Of a DNA stretch of 64,000 nucleotides, positions 28,351-39,355 are shown piece after piece (the first letter of the stretch is position 1; the number at the start of each line of letters is the position of its first letter). The translations under genes were made by a program, and so were the position numbers. Source of the DNA: an uncultured Prochlorococcus sp. (lineage in GTDB: Bacteria > Cyanobacteriota > Cyanobacteriia > PCC-6307 > Cyanobiaceae); assembly GCA_902573565.1 (NCBI GenBank), contig CACGKI010000001.1, positions 2,038 to 66,037 on the forward strand, read 5' to 3'. The notes beneath the pieces are model-generated. The model did no database searches, had not been told where the DNA came from, and saw only the letters and a list, made by a program, of their open reading frames with translations.

Positions 28351-29991
28351 TTGGATATAAGTCCTTATGATGCAATTGTTGTTGGTTCTGGAGCAACAGG
28401 AGGAATAGCAGCACTTACATTGGCAGAACAAGGGATCAAAGTTTTAGTAATAGAAGCAGGGCCTCAAGTTAAGAGGCATGAAGCTAGTAATAATGAGCCA
28501 AAAAGTACATTAAAAAGATTATCAGGAGTCATAACAAAAAAACATGCCAATCAGTGCCAACATCCTGGTTATTGGAAAAATAATCCTGACTTATATTCAA
28601 ATGAATTGAAGCATCCCTATGACTTCCCAAAAAAAAAGCTATTTCTTTGGACACAAGGTAAACAATATGGGGGGAGATCATTAACTTGGGGAGGCATAAC
28701 ATTAAGACTTTCCTCAGAAGACTTTCATCCGGCTAAAAAAGACGGATTCGGGCCAAACTGGCCTATTTCATACGAAGAAATTTCCCCGCACTACGATTTT
28801 ATTGAAAATTTCTGCGGAATTTATGGACGAAAAGATGATATCAAGGAAGTCCCAAACGGTAAATATATTGGCGAAATTCCTCTTACAGAAAACGAAAATG
28901 TTTTTGGCAGCAAAGTTAAATCAAAATTAAACTATCCATTTATCCAATCAAGAGGATTTGACCGTAATTCATCTGTAAAAGAAAAAAATTGGCCCAAGTC
29001 CTCTAGCGTAGGAAGCTCTTTAAAAAAGGCTTTAGATACTGGAAATGTACAAATAATCTCTAATTACCTAGTGGAGTCTTTTGAGATTAACAAGATAACA
29101 GAGCTTGCCTCAAAACTAACGATTGTAAATCTAGAAAATGGACACAAAGAAGTATTGGATTGTGATTTAATTCTTCTTTGTGCATCAACAATTTCAACAC
29201 TGAGAATACTACTGAACTCAGAATACAAATCAAATTCCTCAGGGTTTAAAGATAATTCTGGGAAATTAGGTAAATACCTAATGGATCACATATCTATCTG
29301 TAGATTTTTTTCAGTCCCAAAAGCAAAAAACTCAGATAATTCACTAGATAATCCTCCCGATCTTTCTGGAGCAGGCAGCTTCTTTATTCCTTTTGGTTCA
29401 AATTTACCAGAAATTGACAACATAAATTTCCATAGAGGTTATGGAATCTGGGGGGCAATTGATAGATTAGGAATACCTAAATTTTTACAAAAAGACGCAA
29501 ACAAATCCATTGGCTTTCTTATCGCCCATGGTGAAGTCCTTCCTAGAGAGAAAAACTCAGTTTCTCTCTCAAGAAAAACAGATGAATGGGGAATACCAAT
29601 TCCCTACATTGAATTCGAATGGAGCGAGAATGAGTTAAATATGGCAAAACATATGGAAAAAACAATACAAAAATCAGTCAAAGCTGCAAATGGGAAAATA
29701 AAAAATATTGATGAACTAATGAATATTCCATTAGGGAGTTTATTTACAAAAAATTTGATAGCACTTTCAGATAGTCCTCCTCCTCCTGGATATTATATTC
29801 ATGAGGTAGGGGGAGCACCAATGGGGTTAAATGAAGAAAATAGCGTAGTTGATAAATTTAACAGATTGTGGAGATGTAAGAATGTACTGGTACTAGATGG
29901 AGCATGCTGGCCCACATCATCTTGGCAAAGTCCCACACTTACAATGATGGCCTTGAGTAGAAGAGCCTGTTTAAATATTAAAAAGACTTAG
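28351..29991 (+). CDS. GMC-family FAD-dependent oxidoreductase
   Basis: N-terminal YDAIVVGSGATGGIAALTLAEQGIKVLVIEAG Rossmann motif. 546 aa, GMC-like C-terminus. Confidence 0.8.
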   Translation: MDISPYDAIVVGSGATGGIAALTLAEQGIKVLVIEAGPQVKRHEASNNEPKSTLKRLSGVITKKHANQCQHPGYWKNNPDLYSNELKHPYDFPKKKLFLWTQGKQYGGRSLTWGGITLRLSSEDFHPAKKDGFGPNWPISYEEISPHYDFIENFCGIYGRKDDIKEVPNGKYIGEIPLTENENVFGSKVKSKLNYPFIQSRGFDRNSSVKEKNWPKSSSVGSSLKKALDTGNVQIISNYLVESFEINKITELASKLTIVNLENGHKEVLDCDLILLCASTISTLRILLNSEYKSNSSGFKDNSGKLGKYLMDHISICRFFSVPKAKNSDNSLDNPPDLSGAGSFFIPFGSNLPEIDNINFHRGYGIWGAIDRLGIPKFLQKDANKSIGFLIAHGEVLPREKNSVSLSRKTDEWGIPIPYIEFEWSENELNMAKHMEKTIQKSVKAANGKIKNIDELMNIPLGSLFTKNLIALSDSPPPPGYYIHEVGGAPMGLNEENSVVDKFNRLWRCKNVLVLDGACWPTSSWQSPTLTMMALSRRACLNIKKT

Positions 29992-30235
29992 AGGGTGTAA
30001 ATAATTGATTTAAATAAATTTCTGAGACAGAATTATCTGTACAACCGTTTTGAACGAGAAAAGTAGCTAATGCTGAATTTATAAGCTTATATTGATCCCA
30101 AGTCGGGTTACTTAATACGAAATCTTTCATAGTGTTATAAAGAGTCTCTGAAAGCTCTGTTTCTAATGAGACTTTATTTGAGGAGCACTCTACGAGTTTC
30201 TTATCAGTTAAATTTGTTTGGTTGATTTGATCCAT
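29978..30235 (-). CDS. Hypothetical protein (DUF2811-like)
   Basis: 85 aa. NPTWDQYKLINSALATFLVQNG resembles the cyanobacterial DUF2811 pattern as I recall it. Confidence 0.4.
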   Translation of the reverse strand: MDQINQTNLTDKKLVECSSNKVSLETELSETLYNTMKDFVLSNPTWDQYKLINSALATFLVQNGCTDNSVSEIYLNQLFTPSKSF

Positions 30236-30615
30236 AAATTTATTTCTCTACTTCAACAATAATGATGTTTTTCTCTAAAAATATCAAGAAAAATATTCTG
30301 ATAAACTTTTCAAATTATCAAATAAGACTCATGTTATATATAGGTTTTTAAAAAACTTCTTTTTCAAATAAGGAAATTGAATAGATCTTAAATAAAAGTC
30401 AACAATAATGTTGAAGTCCTGTTATTTTTGAAAAATACTGTCATTCCTAATCCAGTGTGGATTTGGACGTGGAAAACAACCTGCAAATTGTGGAAAATCT
30501 AGCTCAAAATACTTTCACGATTTTATATAAAGAATACTTATATATACTGAGTCTATTAAGACTAAGTAGAGAAAGAGACAGGTGATTCATTGATTTCAAC
30601 GGATTTTCTTAAGAT

Positions 30616-31812
30616 TTAGTCTTTATTAGGCAAGCGAAGCGTGACAGGTCCCAAGGGATGTTTTGAATTTGGATAAATACTATGGTGATGGTGATTATGT
30701 TCATGTTGATGAGCCTCTACATGTTCATGTTCTAAGTAATCTCCTCCTGTGTCTGATTTTTCTTGATTATGTGTTGGTATTTGATTTTGTATTTCACAAG
30801 CACCATTACATTCAGGATCACATAAATCACAGCTGATACCCAAGCCCTCTACATGGTCATGATGACTTTCTTGGACCATTCCAACTTCTCTTTCAAAGCC
30901 AAATAAATTTGATCTATATTTACAAGTTGAGCAATTCATAAAATTATTACCTTCGTTATTAAGAATCTCTTCAATTCTTTCTACAAAAGTGTCGACCACA
31001 TAAGACTGTGACGAAAGATATTTTGCATGTATAAATGAAATATTTGGATTATTAATCGCAACTAAATCACTTTGCCTTTTTATTCTTGTAACAAGGACAC
31101 CTGAGAAAAGGAAATAAGGGAAAACAATTATATTTTTATAACCAAGTCTCACAACATTTTTCAAGCCAGGTTCAACAAGGGGAAAAGTTACTCCAGAAAA
31201 AACTGTTTCCCCCCACCCTAAACCAATACCCTCTACGATCATTCTCGTAACTTTTGAAACATTAGAATTCGCATCTGGGTCAGAAGAGCCTCTACCCACA
31301 ACAACTAATAATGATTCTTCAGGTTTGAGATTATTATTTTGTTTAAATACATCTTTTACTCTTTCACAAGCTGCACTAATCATTAAATTATTAATACCTA
31401 ATTCTCTTCCATAAATTATTTCAATTCCTGTTTTACTTGAATAATGCATAAGCAGGCTAGGTATATCATTTTTTACATGGCCAGCAGCGAAAAGCATTGC
31501 AGGTATTGCAATTACTTTTTTTATAGAAAGATCTTTTAACTTGTCTAAAGCATCAACAATCGAAGGTTTTGCAAATTCCAAGAAACCATATTCAACTAAA
31601 AAGTTTGGATATCTTTTTTGGATGAAATTAGTTAATTCTTGAAATTCAGTAATAGCTAGTTTATTTCTACTCCCATGTCCACAGATAAGTATCGCGACTT
31701 GATTATTTAACTTCAAATCTAAATTATCCAAATTCAACTTATTACTTATACCATAATAGTAAAGAACAATATCATGTAGTGAAAAATAATAATAACTTGC
31801 TTGAAGTTCCAA
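30616..31812 (-). CDS. cbiX: Sirohydrochlorin cobaltochelatase, long form. True start probably an internal TTG.
   Basis: Two CbiX half-domains (ILICGHGSR.. and VVVGRGSSD..). C-terminal MNCSTC (MxCxxC) and His-rich tail HEHVEAHQHEHNHHHH. The called start is TTG at 31812, and in-frame TTGs at codons 26, 28 and 33 are more plausible. Confidence 0.75.
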   Translation of the reverse strand: MELQASYYYFSLHDIVLYYYGISNKLNLDNLDLKLNNQVAILICGHGSRNKLAITEFQELTNFIQKRYPNFLVEYGFLEFAKPSIVDALDKLKDLSIKKVIAIPAMLFAAGHVKNDIPSLLMHYSSKTGIEIIYGRELGINNLMISAACERVKDVFKQNNNLKPEESLLVVVGRGSSDPDANSNVSKVTRMIVEGIGLGWGETVFSGVTFPLVEPGLKNVVRLGYKNIIVFPYFLFSGVLVTRIKRQSDLVAINNPNISFIHAKYLSSQSYVVDTFVERIEEILNNEGNNFMNCSTCKYRSNLFGFEREVGMVQESHHDHVEGLGISCDLCDPECNGACEIQNQIPTHNQEKSDTGGDYLEHEHVEAHQHEHNHHHHSIYPNSKHPLGPVTLRLPNKD

Positions 31813-33059
31813 ATATCAACTCAAAGGATGCAAAATTAAAGAAATTAATTTATGACGTGGATGAATCCTTATTTAATGAGGATAACTATTCTTACGAAAA
31901 GTTCGAGCACCTTTGCGTGTGTAGTGGAGGTACAACTTCTAGCTGTGCAAAAAATGGCTTTACAACTCTTGATCTAAGGAAAAATCACAGCCAAATTCAT
32001 CTAGATAGTAAAACCAATTTAGTAACAATTGGAGGTGGTGTAATAATGGGGGATCTATTAAATCATTTACAAAAATATAATCGAAGTTTTCCAATCGGAC
32101 TTTCTAAACTTCCTGGAGCAGGCTATATACTTACTGGTGGAGTAAGCCCGCTCAGTAGAACCTACGGATTAGCAATTGATAATATTGAATCAATAAAAGG
32201 TTTCTTGGGTAATGGCACATTTATTTCTTTAAAAAAAAATCAAATAAATCCAGAAGAACAATTGATTTGGGAAGCAATTAAAGGCGCAGCACCCTTCTTT
32301 TCAATTATTACCGAAATAGAACTTAAGACTATCCAATCTAATTCAATTAAGGTTATTGAAGGATTTGTAAATCTAAATGAACTTACAGAAATAATAAAAC
32401 TATCAGAGGAATTTCCAGAAAATATTAGTCTTCAATGGATTTATGCCCAAAAAATTTACATATATATTTTTGCTGAACTCAAAAATAATTTAGAAGATAA
32501 AAGAACAGAAGAATGTCTAATGCTTCTGGACAAATTCCCTACTCTAGAAAAACAATTTTATGAAAACTTTAACAAAATAAATTTCTTCCCTAAGGAATTG
32601 AATTTATATGAGCTGAATGCAAATAACCATTCTGAGGTAATTAGTCTTCTTGGAGAAGATTTAAAAAATGATATTCCAATTTTCATAAAATGTTTGAATG
32701 AAATAATGGATAATAAACCTAATAATTCCTGTTACATTGCTTCTCAACAATTAGGTTGCAAAACTAAAAAGTTAAATCATGGCTCAAGCTTTTTTGTTCA
32801 TAGAAAAAGCACTTGGAAACCATGGATATATGCATCATGGAAAAAAAATGATCTTCAAGAAAAAGAAGTCGCTTTGAAATGGATTTATAAATCGTGGAGC
32901 AAGCTAAAAAAGTTTTATCCTAATATTCACTTAGCCCAATTGCATAATCATTTGAATTCTCATGATGAAGAAATTACATTAGCCTTTGGAGATAGAATGA
33001 ATGAATTAAAAACTTTAAAGAATATTTTTGACCCACAAGGTATTTTGCCTCCTTTATGA
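31779..33059 (+). CDS. FAD-linked oxidase-like protein (PCMH-type FAD-binding domain)
   Basis: 426 aa. N-terminal third resembles FAD_binding_4 (GGGVIMGDL...LPGAGYILTGG). Start uncertain (GTG 31779 or TTG 31797). Confidence 0.5.
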   Translation: MKNNNNLLEVPNINSKDAKLKKLIYDVDESLFNEDNYSYEKFEHLCVCSGGTTSSCAKNGFTTLDLRKNHSQIHLDSKTNLVTIGGGVIMGDLLNHLQKYNRSFPIGLSKLPGAGYILTGGVSPLSRTYGLAIDNIESIKGFLGNGTFISLKKNQINPEEQLIWEAIKGAAPFFSIITEIELKTIQSNSIKVIEGFVNLNELTEIIKLSEEFPENISLQWIYAQKIYIYIFAELKNNLEDKRTEECLMLLDKFPTLEKQFYENFNKINFFPKELNLYELNANNHSEVISLLGEDLKNDIPIFIKCLNEIMDNKPNNSCYIASQQLGCKTKKLNHGSSFFVHRKSTWKPWIYASWKKNDLQEKEVALKWIYKSWSKLKKFYPNIHLAQLHNHLNSHDEEITLAFGDRMNELKTLKNIFDPQGILPPL

Positions 33060-33089
33060 GGTAACTTCTTAATTATAAAGAAACTTAAA

Positions 33090-34655
33090 ATGTCAAATTT
33101 CTCAAGATATTTATCACAAAATTGGTTAGATGATCCAAAGTCAAATATTCTCTCAGGCTTAGTTGTTGCTTTTGCAATGATCCCAGAAGCAATTGCTTTT
33201 TCAGGTATAGCTGGTGTAGATCCTAAAGTTGGCCTTTTTGGTGCATTTTGCTTATCTATAACAATTGCGATTGTTGGAGGAAGAAGGGGGATGATCACTT
33301 CAGCTACAGGTTCAACAGCTCTTTTGATGACTGGACTTGTTGCTTATGGAGAATCACAAGCTCCTGGATTAGGAGTCCCATATCTTATTGCAGCTGGAAT
33401 ATTAACTGGAATTTTCCAAATTCTTTGGGGATATTTAAGACTTGCCTACCAAATGCGATTCGTGCCAACGGGAGTATTAAGTGGATTTGTAAATGCACTG
33501 GCGCTTTTAATATTTCAGGCACAGCTACCTCAGTTAGGAATAGGTATTAAAGAATCAAAAGAATTAATTGAACAAACTTTGAGTCAGTATCCAGTTAACT
33601 CTCAGATCCCAGTAGTTTGGATTCTTGTAATCCTAGGATTAATAATTATCTATGGACTTCCAAAAATCACAAAAGTAGTCCCATCTCAACTTATCGCGAT
33701 AGTAGTAATTACTCTCATAAGCATATTCTTGAATCTAGATGTCCCAACAGTTAGCGATTTGGGTAAATTACCTGATGGATTACCAAGTATTTCTCTTCCT
33801 TTTGGATCAATAGAAAATGGGAAAGTACCTTTTAGTCTTGAAACATTAGGAATTATTTTACCGACTTCACTTGCAATATCTCTCGTGGGTTTAATGGAAA
33901 CCTTTTTAACTCAAGACATTTTAGACGATGTAACTGATACAAGTTCTAATAAAAATAAAGAAGCAAGAGGACAGGGAATCGCAAATATTGTGGCATCCTT
34001 ATTTGGTGGAATGGCAGGATGTGCCTTAGTTGGGCAATCTGTTATGAATACTGAAAATGGTGGTAAATCTAGATTATCAACTCTCTCCTCAGGTATATCT
34101 CTACTAATTATGATTATCCTATTGAAGTCTTGGATTGGAGCAATACCAATGGCTGCTTTAGTAGCAATCATGATAACGATCGCGATAAGTACAGCAGATA
34201 TAAATGGATTAAAAAATATTAGAAAGATACCTAAAAGTGATACTGCAGTAATGCTTATGACTTTTGCGGTTACAATGCTGACAAAACCTCATAATCTTGC
34301 ACTTGGAGTTATTGCTGGAGTTGCATTAGCTGCAATCCTTTTCAGCAGAAAAGTCGCAAAAGTTATAACTGTCTCAAGAGCTAAAGAAAATAATTTAACT
34401 ACATACAAAGTAAAAGGGCAATTATTTTTTGTAAGTAAAATTTATTTCTTACAAGGATTTGATATTCATGAACATCCAGAAAATATTGTAATTGATATGT
34501 CTTTAGCTCATATTTGGGATCAAAGTGGCGTTGTTGCTCTTGAGCAAATTATTAGAAAGTTCCAGAATGGTGGTTCTAAAGTTGAAATTGTAGGATTAAA
34601 TAAAGAAAGTCTTAACTTATTTGAAAGACTAGGTGGTATGGAAAGCGCTCATTAA
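33090..34655 (+). CDS. SulP-family anion permease with C-terminal STAS domain
   Basis: 521 aa, polytopic core plus a STAS-like tail (YKVKGQLFF...LNLFERLG). Confidence 0.85.
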   Translation: MSNFSRYLSQNWLDDPKSNILSGLVVAFAMIPEAIAFSGIAGVDPKVGLFGAFCLSITIAIVGGRRGMITSATGSTALLMTGLVAYGESQAPGLGVPYLIAAGILTGIFQILWGYLRLAYQMRFVPTGVLSGFVNALALLIFQAQLPQLGIGIKESKELIEQTLSQYPVNSQIPVVWILVILGLIIIYGLPKITKVVPSQLIAIVVITLISIFLNLDVPTVSDLGKLPDGLPSISLPFGSIENGKVPFSLETLGIILPTSLAISLVGLMETFLTQDILDDVTDTSSNKNKEARGQGIANIVASLFGGMAGCALVGQSVMNTENGGKSRLSTLSSGISLLIMIILLKSWIGAIPMAALVAIMITIAISTADINGLKNIRKIPKSDTAVMLMTFAVTMLTKPHNLALGVIAGVALAAILFSRKVAKVITVSRAKENNLTTYKVKGQLFFVSKIYFLQGFDIHEHPENIVIDMSLAHIWDQSGVVALEQIIRKFQNGGSKVEIVGLNKESLNLFERLGGMESAH

Positions 34656-34660
34656 AAAAG

Positions 34661-35551
34661 TTAATTAAGACTTACTTGTTGATAACAGAACCAAAGCCAT
34701 TGTTGAAAAAGCAAATTCCTATGAGACCTCCAAGCGGTTTTTGAACTATTTGGATCAAAATTTTTAGGAGGAGGAACATCTCCCTTTTCTTTGTCTCTTT
34801 CAATTTCGCTAATAATTCTATGAACCGTATATTCAGGATGACCTAAATGCATAAGTTGTTTTTGATCATTAGATTCAAATATTGTATATCCAACGTTTTC
34901 TCCATAAGCCAACAAATTCAATTTCCCTTCTTTTTGGGCTTTCTCCATTTCCAAATCTGGTAATCCAGCAAATCTACTTTGAGGACAAATAAATTCATCA
35001 TCTTGTGTACCCATCAAAGGGTGTCCAGGAACAAGACTTTTTAAAGGGAATACCCCAAATAATTTTCTATCAAAAACTTTCTTATCGACCCCTGCCAAAT
35101 AAGCCAGCGCAAAGCCAGCCCAACATAATCCGAGAGTACTCGCACAAGAATTTCTGGCTTCATTTACAATTTTTACAAATTCGTCCCAATACTTAACCTC
35201 CTCAAAGGCTAGGTGTTCAATAGGTGCTCCAGTAATAATGATTCCATCTAACGGTTCTGGATTATTTGCTTCTTCCCAAGTAATGTATAGATTATTCAGA
35301 TGATTAAGATCCCATGTTTTATAAGAGTGAGTTTTAAGCTTTATCCAAACTGGCTCAATTTGAAGGGGGGATAAACCAAGTGGATGTAGCAAGTTAAATT
35401 CATACTGCTTGCCTAGAGGCATGATATTTAAAATACCAATCCTAAGAGGACGTATATCCTGTCTTTTTGCCAATTCTGGTTCGATCCAAGATATATGATT
35501 TTTCTCAACATCACTAATCTTGTGATAGTTACTAGGAATTATTAAAGCCAA
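34661..35551 (-). CDS. metA: Homoserine O-acyltransferase (MetA family)
   Basis: 296 aa. RPLRIGILNIMP N-terminal block and the GLCWAG active-site Cys region. Confidence 0.85.
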   Translation of the reverse strand: MALIIPSNYHKISDVEKNHISWIEPELAKRQDIRPLRIGILNIMPLGKQYEFNLLHPLGLSPLQIEPVWIKLKTHSYKTWDLNHLNNLYITWEEANNPEPLDGIIITGAPIEHLAFEEVKYWDEFVKIVNEARNSCASTLGLCWAGFALAYLAGVDKKVFDRKLFGVFPLKSLVPGHPLMGTQDDEFICPQSRFAGLPDLEMEKAQKEGKLNLLAYGENVGYTIFESNDQKQLMHLGHPEYTVHRIISEIERDKEKGDVPPPKNFDPNSSKTAWRSHRNLLFQQWLWFCYQQVSLN

Positions 35552-35564
35552 TAAATCTCCTTTC

Positions 35565-36908
<1,344 letters not shown>

Positions 36909-36964
36909 CTATTATCTATTTAACTTAGAAAAGTACAAAAAAAAAACAAAAAAAAGATAAATAT

Positions 36965-37624
36965 TTATAAATCCTTTTTTAATGAGGGGTAATTATCTTT
37001 CATATATGTACTCAAATCCTCTTTTATCGCAGATCTGAGTTTCTCAATATTTGCAGATTCAATTATTGGAAAAGTTTTATTAGCCTCAGGATCTTTTTCA
37101 GTAATTGATTTCCAATTCTTACCAACATCTTTTTCAGAGTTGTTTAAAACTTCATCAAAGTTGAAAACCTTGTCATTACTTTTAGCATCAAATTCGCTAA
37201 AAGCTTTATTTATAAGCTCTTTTCTATTTTCGAATAGATTCTTAGCTTTTAAAGTATCTGGAAGACCCATAACTGGTTGTAATTCCTTAAGAAGTTTTAT
37301 TTCCTCTTCAATTAAGAGTGTCCAAACACCATATTTGTTTTTTGGTAGATTGGAATTACTAAAAATATTAATTTCATCGAGGTAAAAATTTAACCATAGA
37401 TAATAAGATTTTTCTTCAATAGTTTTTTTAACGGATATCTTTTTATTTTGGATCTTTGGGAGTAACTTTTCTGCCTTCTTTAAAAACTGTCTGTCTTCTC
37501 TTTCTAAATTTATTAATCCCCATCTTTGACTGTAGTCCCATAAATCTTCGTATCTTGTTAGGTCTTCTTGATTCCAACCAAGAGCTTTAAGTTCATGAGA
37601 ACGATGAGTTAATTCCTTTTTCAA
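36965..37624 (-). CDS. Hypothetical protein
   Basis: 219-aa charged soluble ORF, no recognised motif. Confidence 0.45.
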   Translation of the reverse strand: MKKELTHRSHELKALGWNQEDLTRYEDLWDYSQRWGLINLEREDRQFLKKAEKLLPKIQNKKISVKKTIEEKSYYLWLNFYLDEINIFSNSNLPKNKYGVWTLLIEEEIKLLKELQPVMGLPDTLKAKNLFENRKELINKAFSEFDAKSNDKVFNFDEVLNNSEKDVGKNWKSITEKDPEANKTFPIIESANIEKLRSAIKEDLSTYMKDNYPSLKKDL

Positions 37625-37716
37625 AAAAAACCTTTTAAACCATTATAATTCTAACCCTGCAATCAAGATTAGTAAATAAATTAAGAACTTTGCTTTCTGG
37701 CAAATTAGAAAAATAA

Positions 37717-39225
37717 TCAATTATTAAAATATTTATTAATAATTTTCAATACGTTGATATAACTAGGAATTTTTTTAGAAATTTGATTACTATATTTACT
37801 TGTTTTAAGGGCGTTTTGCTCTTTGTCAACAAATAATTTCATATAAAAGTTTTCAATATCATCAAAAAGATGATCTCCTTTTAATTTTTCATTTAGTTCG
37901 AAAGATAATTCAGATTTCACAGATTCTTGGCAAAAATTGGTGATTTCTTCTGAACTAATTAAAACCTTATAAATTTCTTTTTTTTCTTCTGAATTAGCAT
38001 TAAAGCATAAATAAATCAGATTAATCATTGAACAATTGTTATTTTTAATTTTGAATTCTTTATAAATGTCTGGCCAAAATTTTAAAGATTTTAGACCTTC
38101 TAAACCTCCTTGACTGAGAGAGTATTTATTACACCAATTTACAAATTCTGAGACATCTTTTGGACATCTGTTGAGTTGCAAAAGCATATCTGATAAAACT
38201 TGTCCTGCTTGAAAATTCCGTGTTGGTTTTCCTTCAGTTGGTAGAGTCATACTCCCCAAGACATCAGCCTTAACCGCATTTAATTGAGAAAAAGTATAAT
38301 CTCCTTTTTCACAAAATTTATCATTAATTATTTCCCTTGCACTAATTATTTCTTCACCATAACCAAGTTCTTTTAATGAAAGATATTTATTCTCTAATTT
38401 ATTTTCTTTTCTAACTTTTATTGATACTGATGCGGCCTGATCTAAACATTGAGTTAACAAAATCGTATTAATGGTAGGCAACATTCCTGGCTTATCGGAA
38501 TGAAAGTTATTTACAAAACCTGCAAATATTGATGAGATATTTTTTATTGATTTTATATATTGACATTCAATATTGTGAACTCCAGGAGAAACTTGAATTT
38601 TCGGTGATAATTGATTCAAAATGCGTGCTCCTATTAATGCTGTTAGCGCATCAGGATGGCAGAAATTTGCAGTAAAACTATCATTAGGATTTCGTAAAGC
38701 TCCGTGACGATGAAATCCCGTAAAAAAAGCTAAATTTGGATATTTATTACAAAGAATAAAAGGGTTTTTATTTTTATTATCAATACAAAAAGAACCGACT
38801 AGACAGCCAAGAACCACATTTTCTCTTTTTAAATTTTTTCTAAGTTCTAAAGCATTTTTAACATCATCTTGTATGTGATTACTATTTGAAGCAAGAATAA
38901 CCATCTCACATTTCAAGAGAAGATCTTTTAGATCAAAAGACTTTATTTTTCCCTCTGAAGAATAATTTCCCATTCTCTTAATCTTCTCAATAATCTCATT
39001 ATCCATATCAGAAATAACATCATTTGAGAAAGCACCTAACAAATCTCTATCTTCCCTAGGAGCCAAGAGAATATTATTTGATTTTCCATGCATAGCACAG
39101 TTGTATGCTAATGATGCAGGATATAAACCAACACTGTAAAATCCAACTTTGCTATTCTCTATATCTTCAATCAATGAATAAAAATATTTTTCATCTTTGA
39201 TGTTTTCTACGAAATTATTCTTCAT
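37717..39225 (-). CDS. Hypothetical protein with glycerol-3-phosphate dehydrogenase (GpsA)-like core
   Basis: 502 aa. MVILASNSNHIQD and IKSIKNISSIFAGFVNNF...TINTILLTQCLDQ resemble GpsA blocks. The N-terminal dinucleotide motif is degenerate. Confidence 0.35.
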   Translation of the reverse strand: MKNNFVENIKDEKYFYSLIEDIENSKVGFYSVGLYPASLAYNCAMHGKSNNILLAPREDRDLLGAFSNDVISDMDNEIIEKIKRMGNYSSEGKIKSFDLKDLLLKCEMVILASNSNHIQDDVKNALELRKNLKRENVVLGCLVGSFCIDNKNKNPFILCNKYPNLAFFTGFHRHGALRNPNDSFTANFCHPDALTALIGARILNQLSPKIQVSPGVHNIECQYIKSIKNISSIFAGFVNNFHSDKPGMLPTINTILLTQCLDQAASVSIKVRKENKLENKYLSLKELGYGEEIISAREIINDKFCEKGDYTFSQLNAVKADVLGSMTLPTEGKPTRNFQAGQVLSDMLLQLNRCPKDVSEFVNWCNKYSLSQGGLEGLKSLKFWPDIYKEFKIKNNNCSMINLIYLCFNANSEEKKEIYKVLISSEEITNFCQESVKSELSFELNEKLKGDHLFDDIENFYMKLFVDKEQNALKTSKYSNQISKKIPSYINVLKIINKYFNN

Positions 39226-39355
39226 TTTTGGAAACTCTTGATAATTTTTTTAATTTCTTACCCATACCAACATTTTTCTACATTAAAGCAATTTTTGACC
39301 ATAGCAAATTATTTATTGAAAAAATTGAGTTTTTTAATTTATAATTTCTAGGAAA

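Noticed and set aside
31779-31812. 34-nt head-to-head overlap of the cbiX and FAD-oxidase ORFs as a possible unusual overlapping-gene arrangement.
   Set aside because: Both called starts are the most upstream alternative codons (TTG at 31812, GTG at 31779). cbiX has in-frame TTGs at codons 26, 28 and 33, just before the conserved ILICGHGSR block. The overlap is most likely an ORF-calling artefact.
31700-31900. Cobalamin riboswitch upstream of cbiX (also considered upstream of nrdJ at 5963-6095).
   Set aside because: No B12-box-like GCCACTG core or the GC-rich multi-stem architecture is visible. The cbiX upstream region is almost pure A/T.
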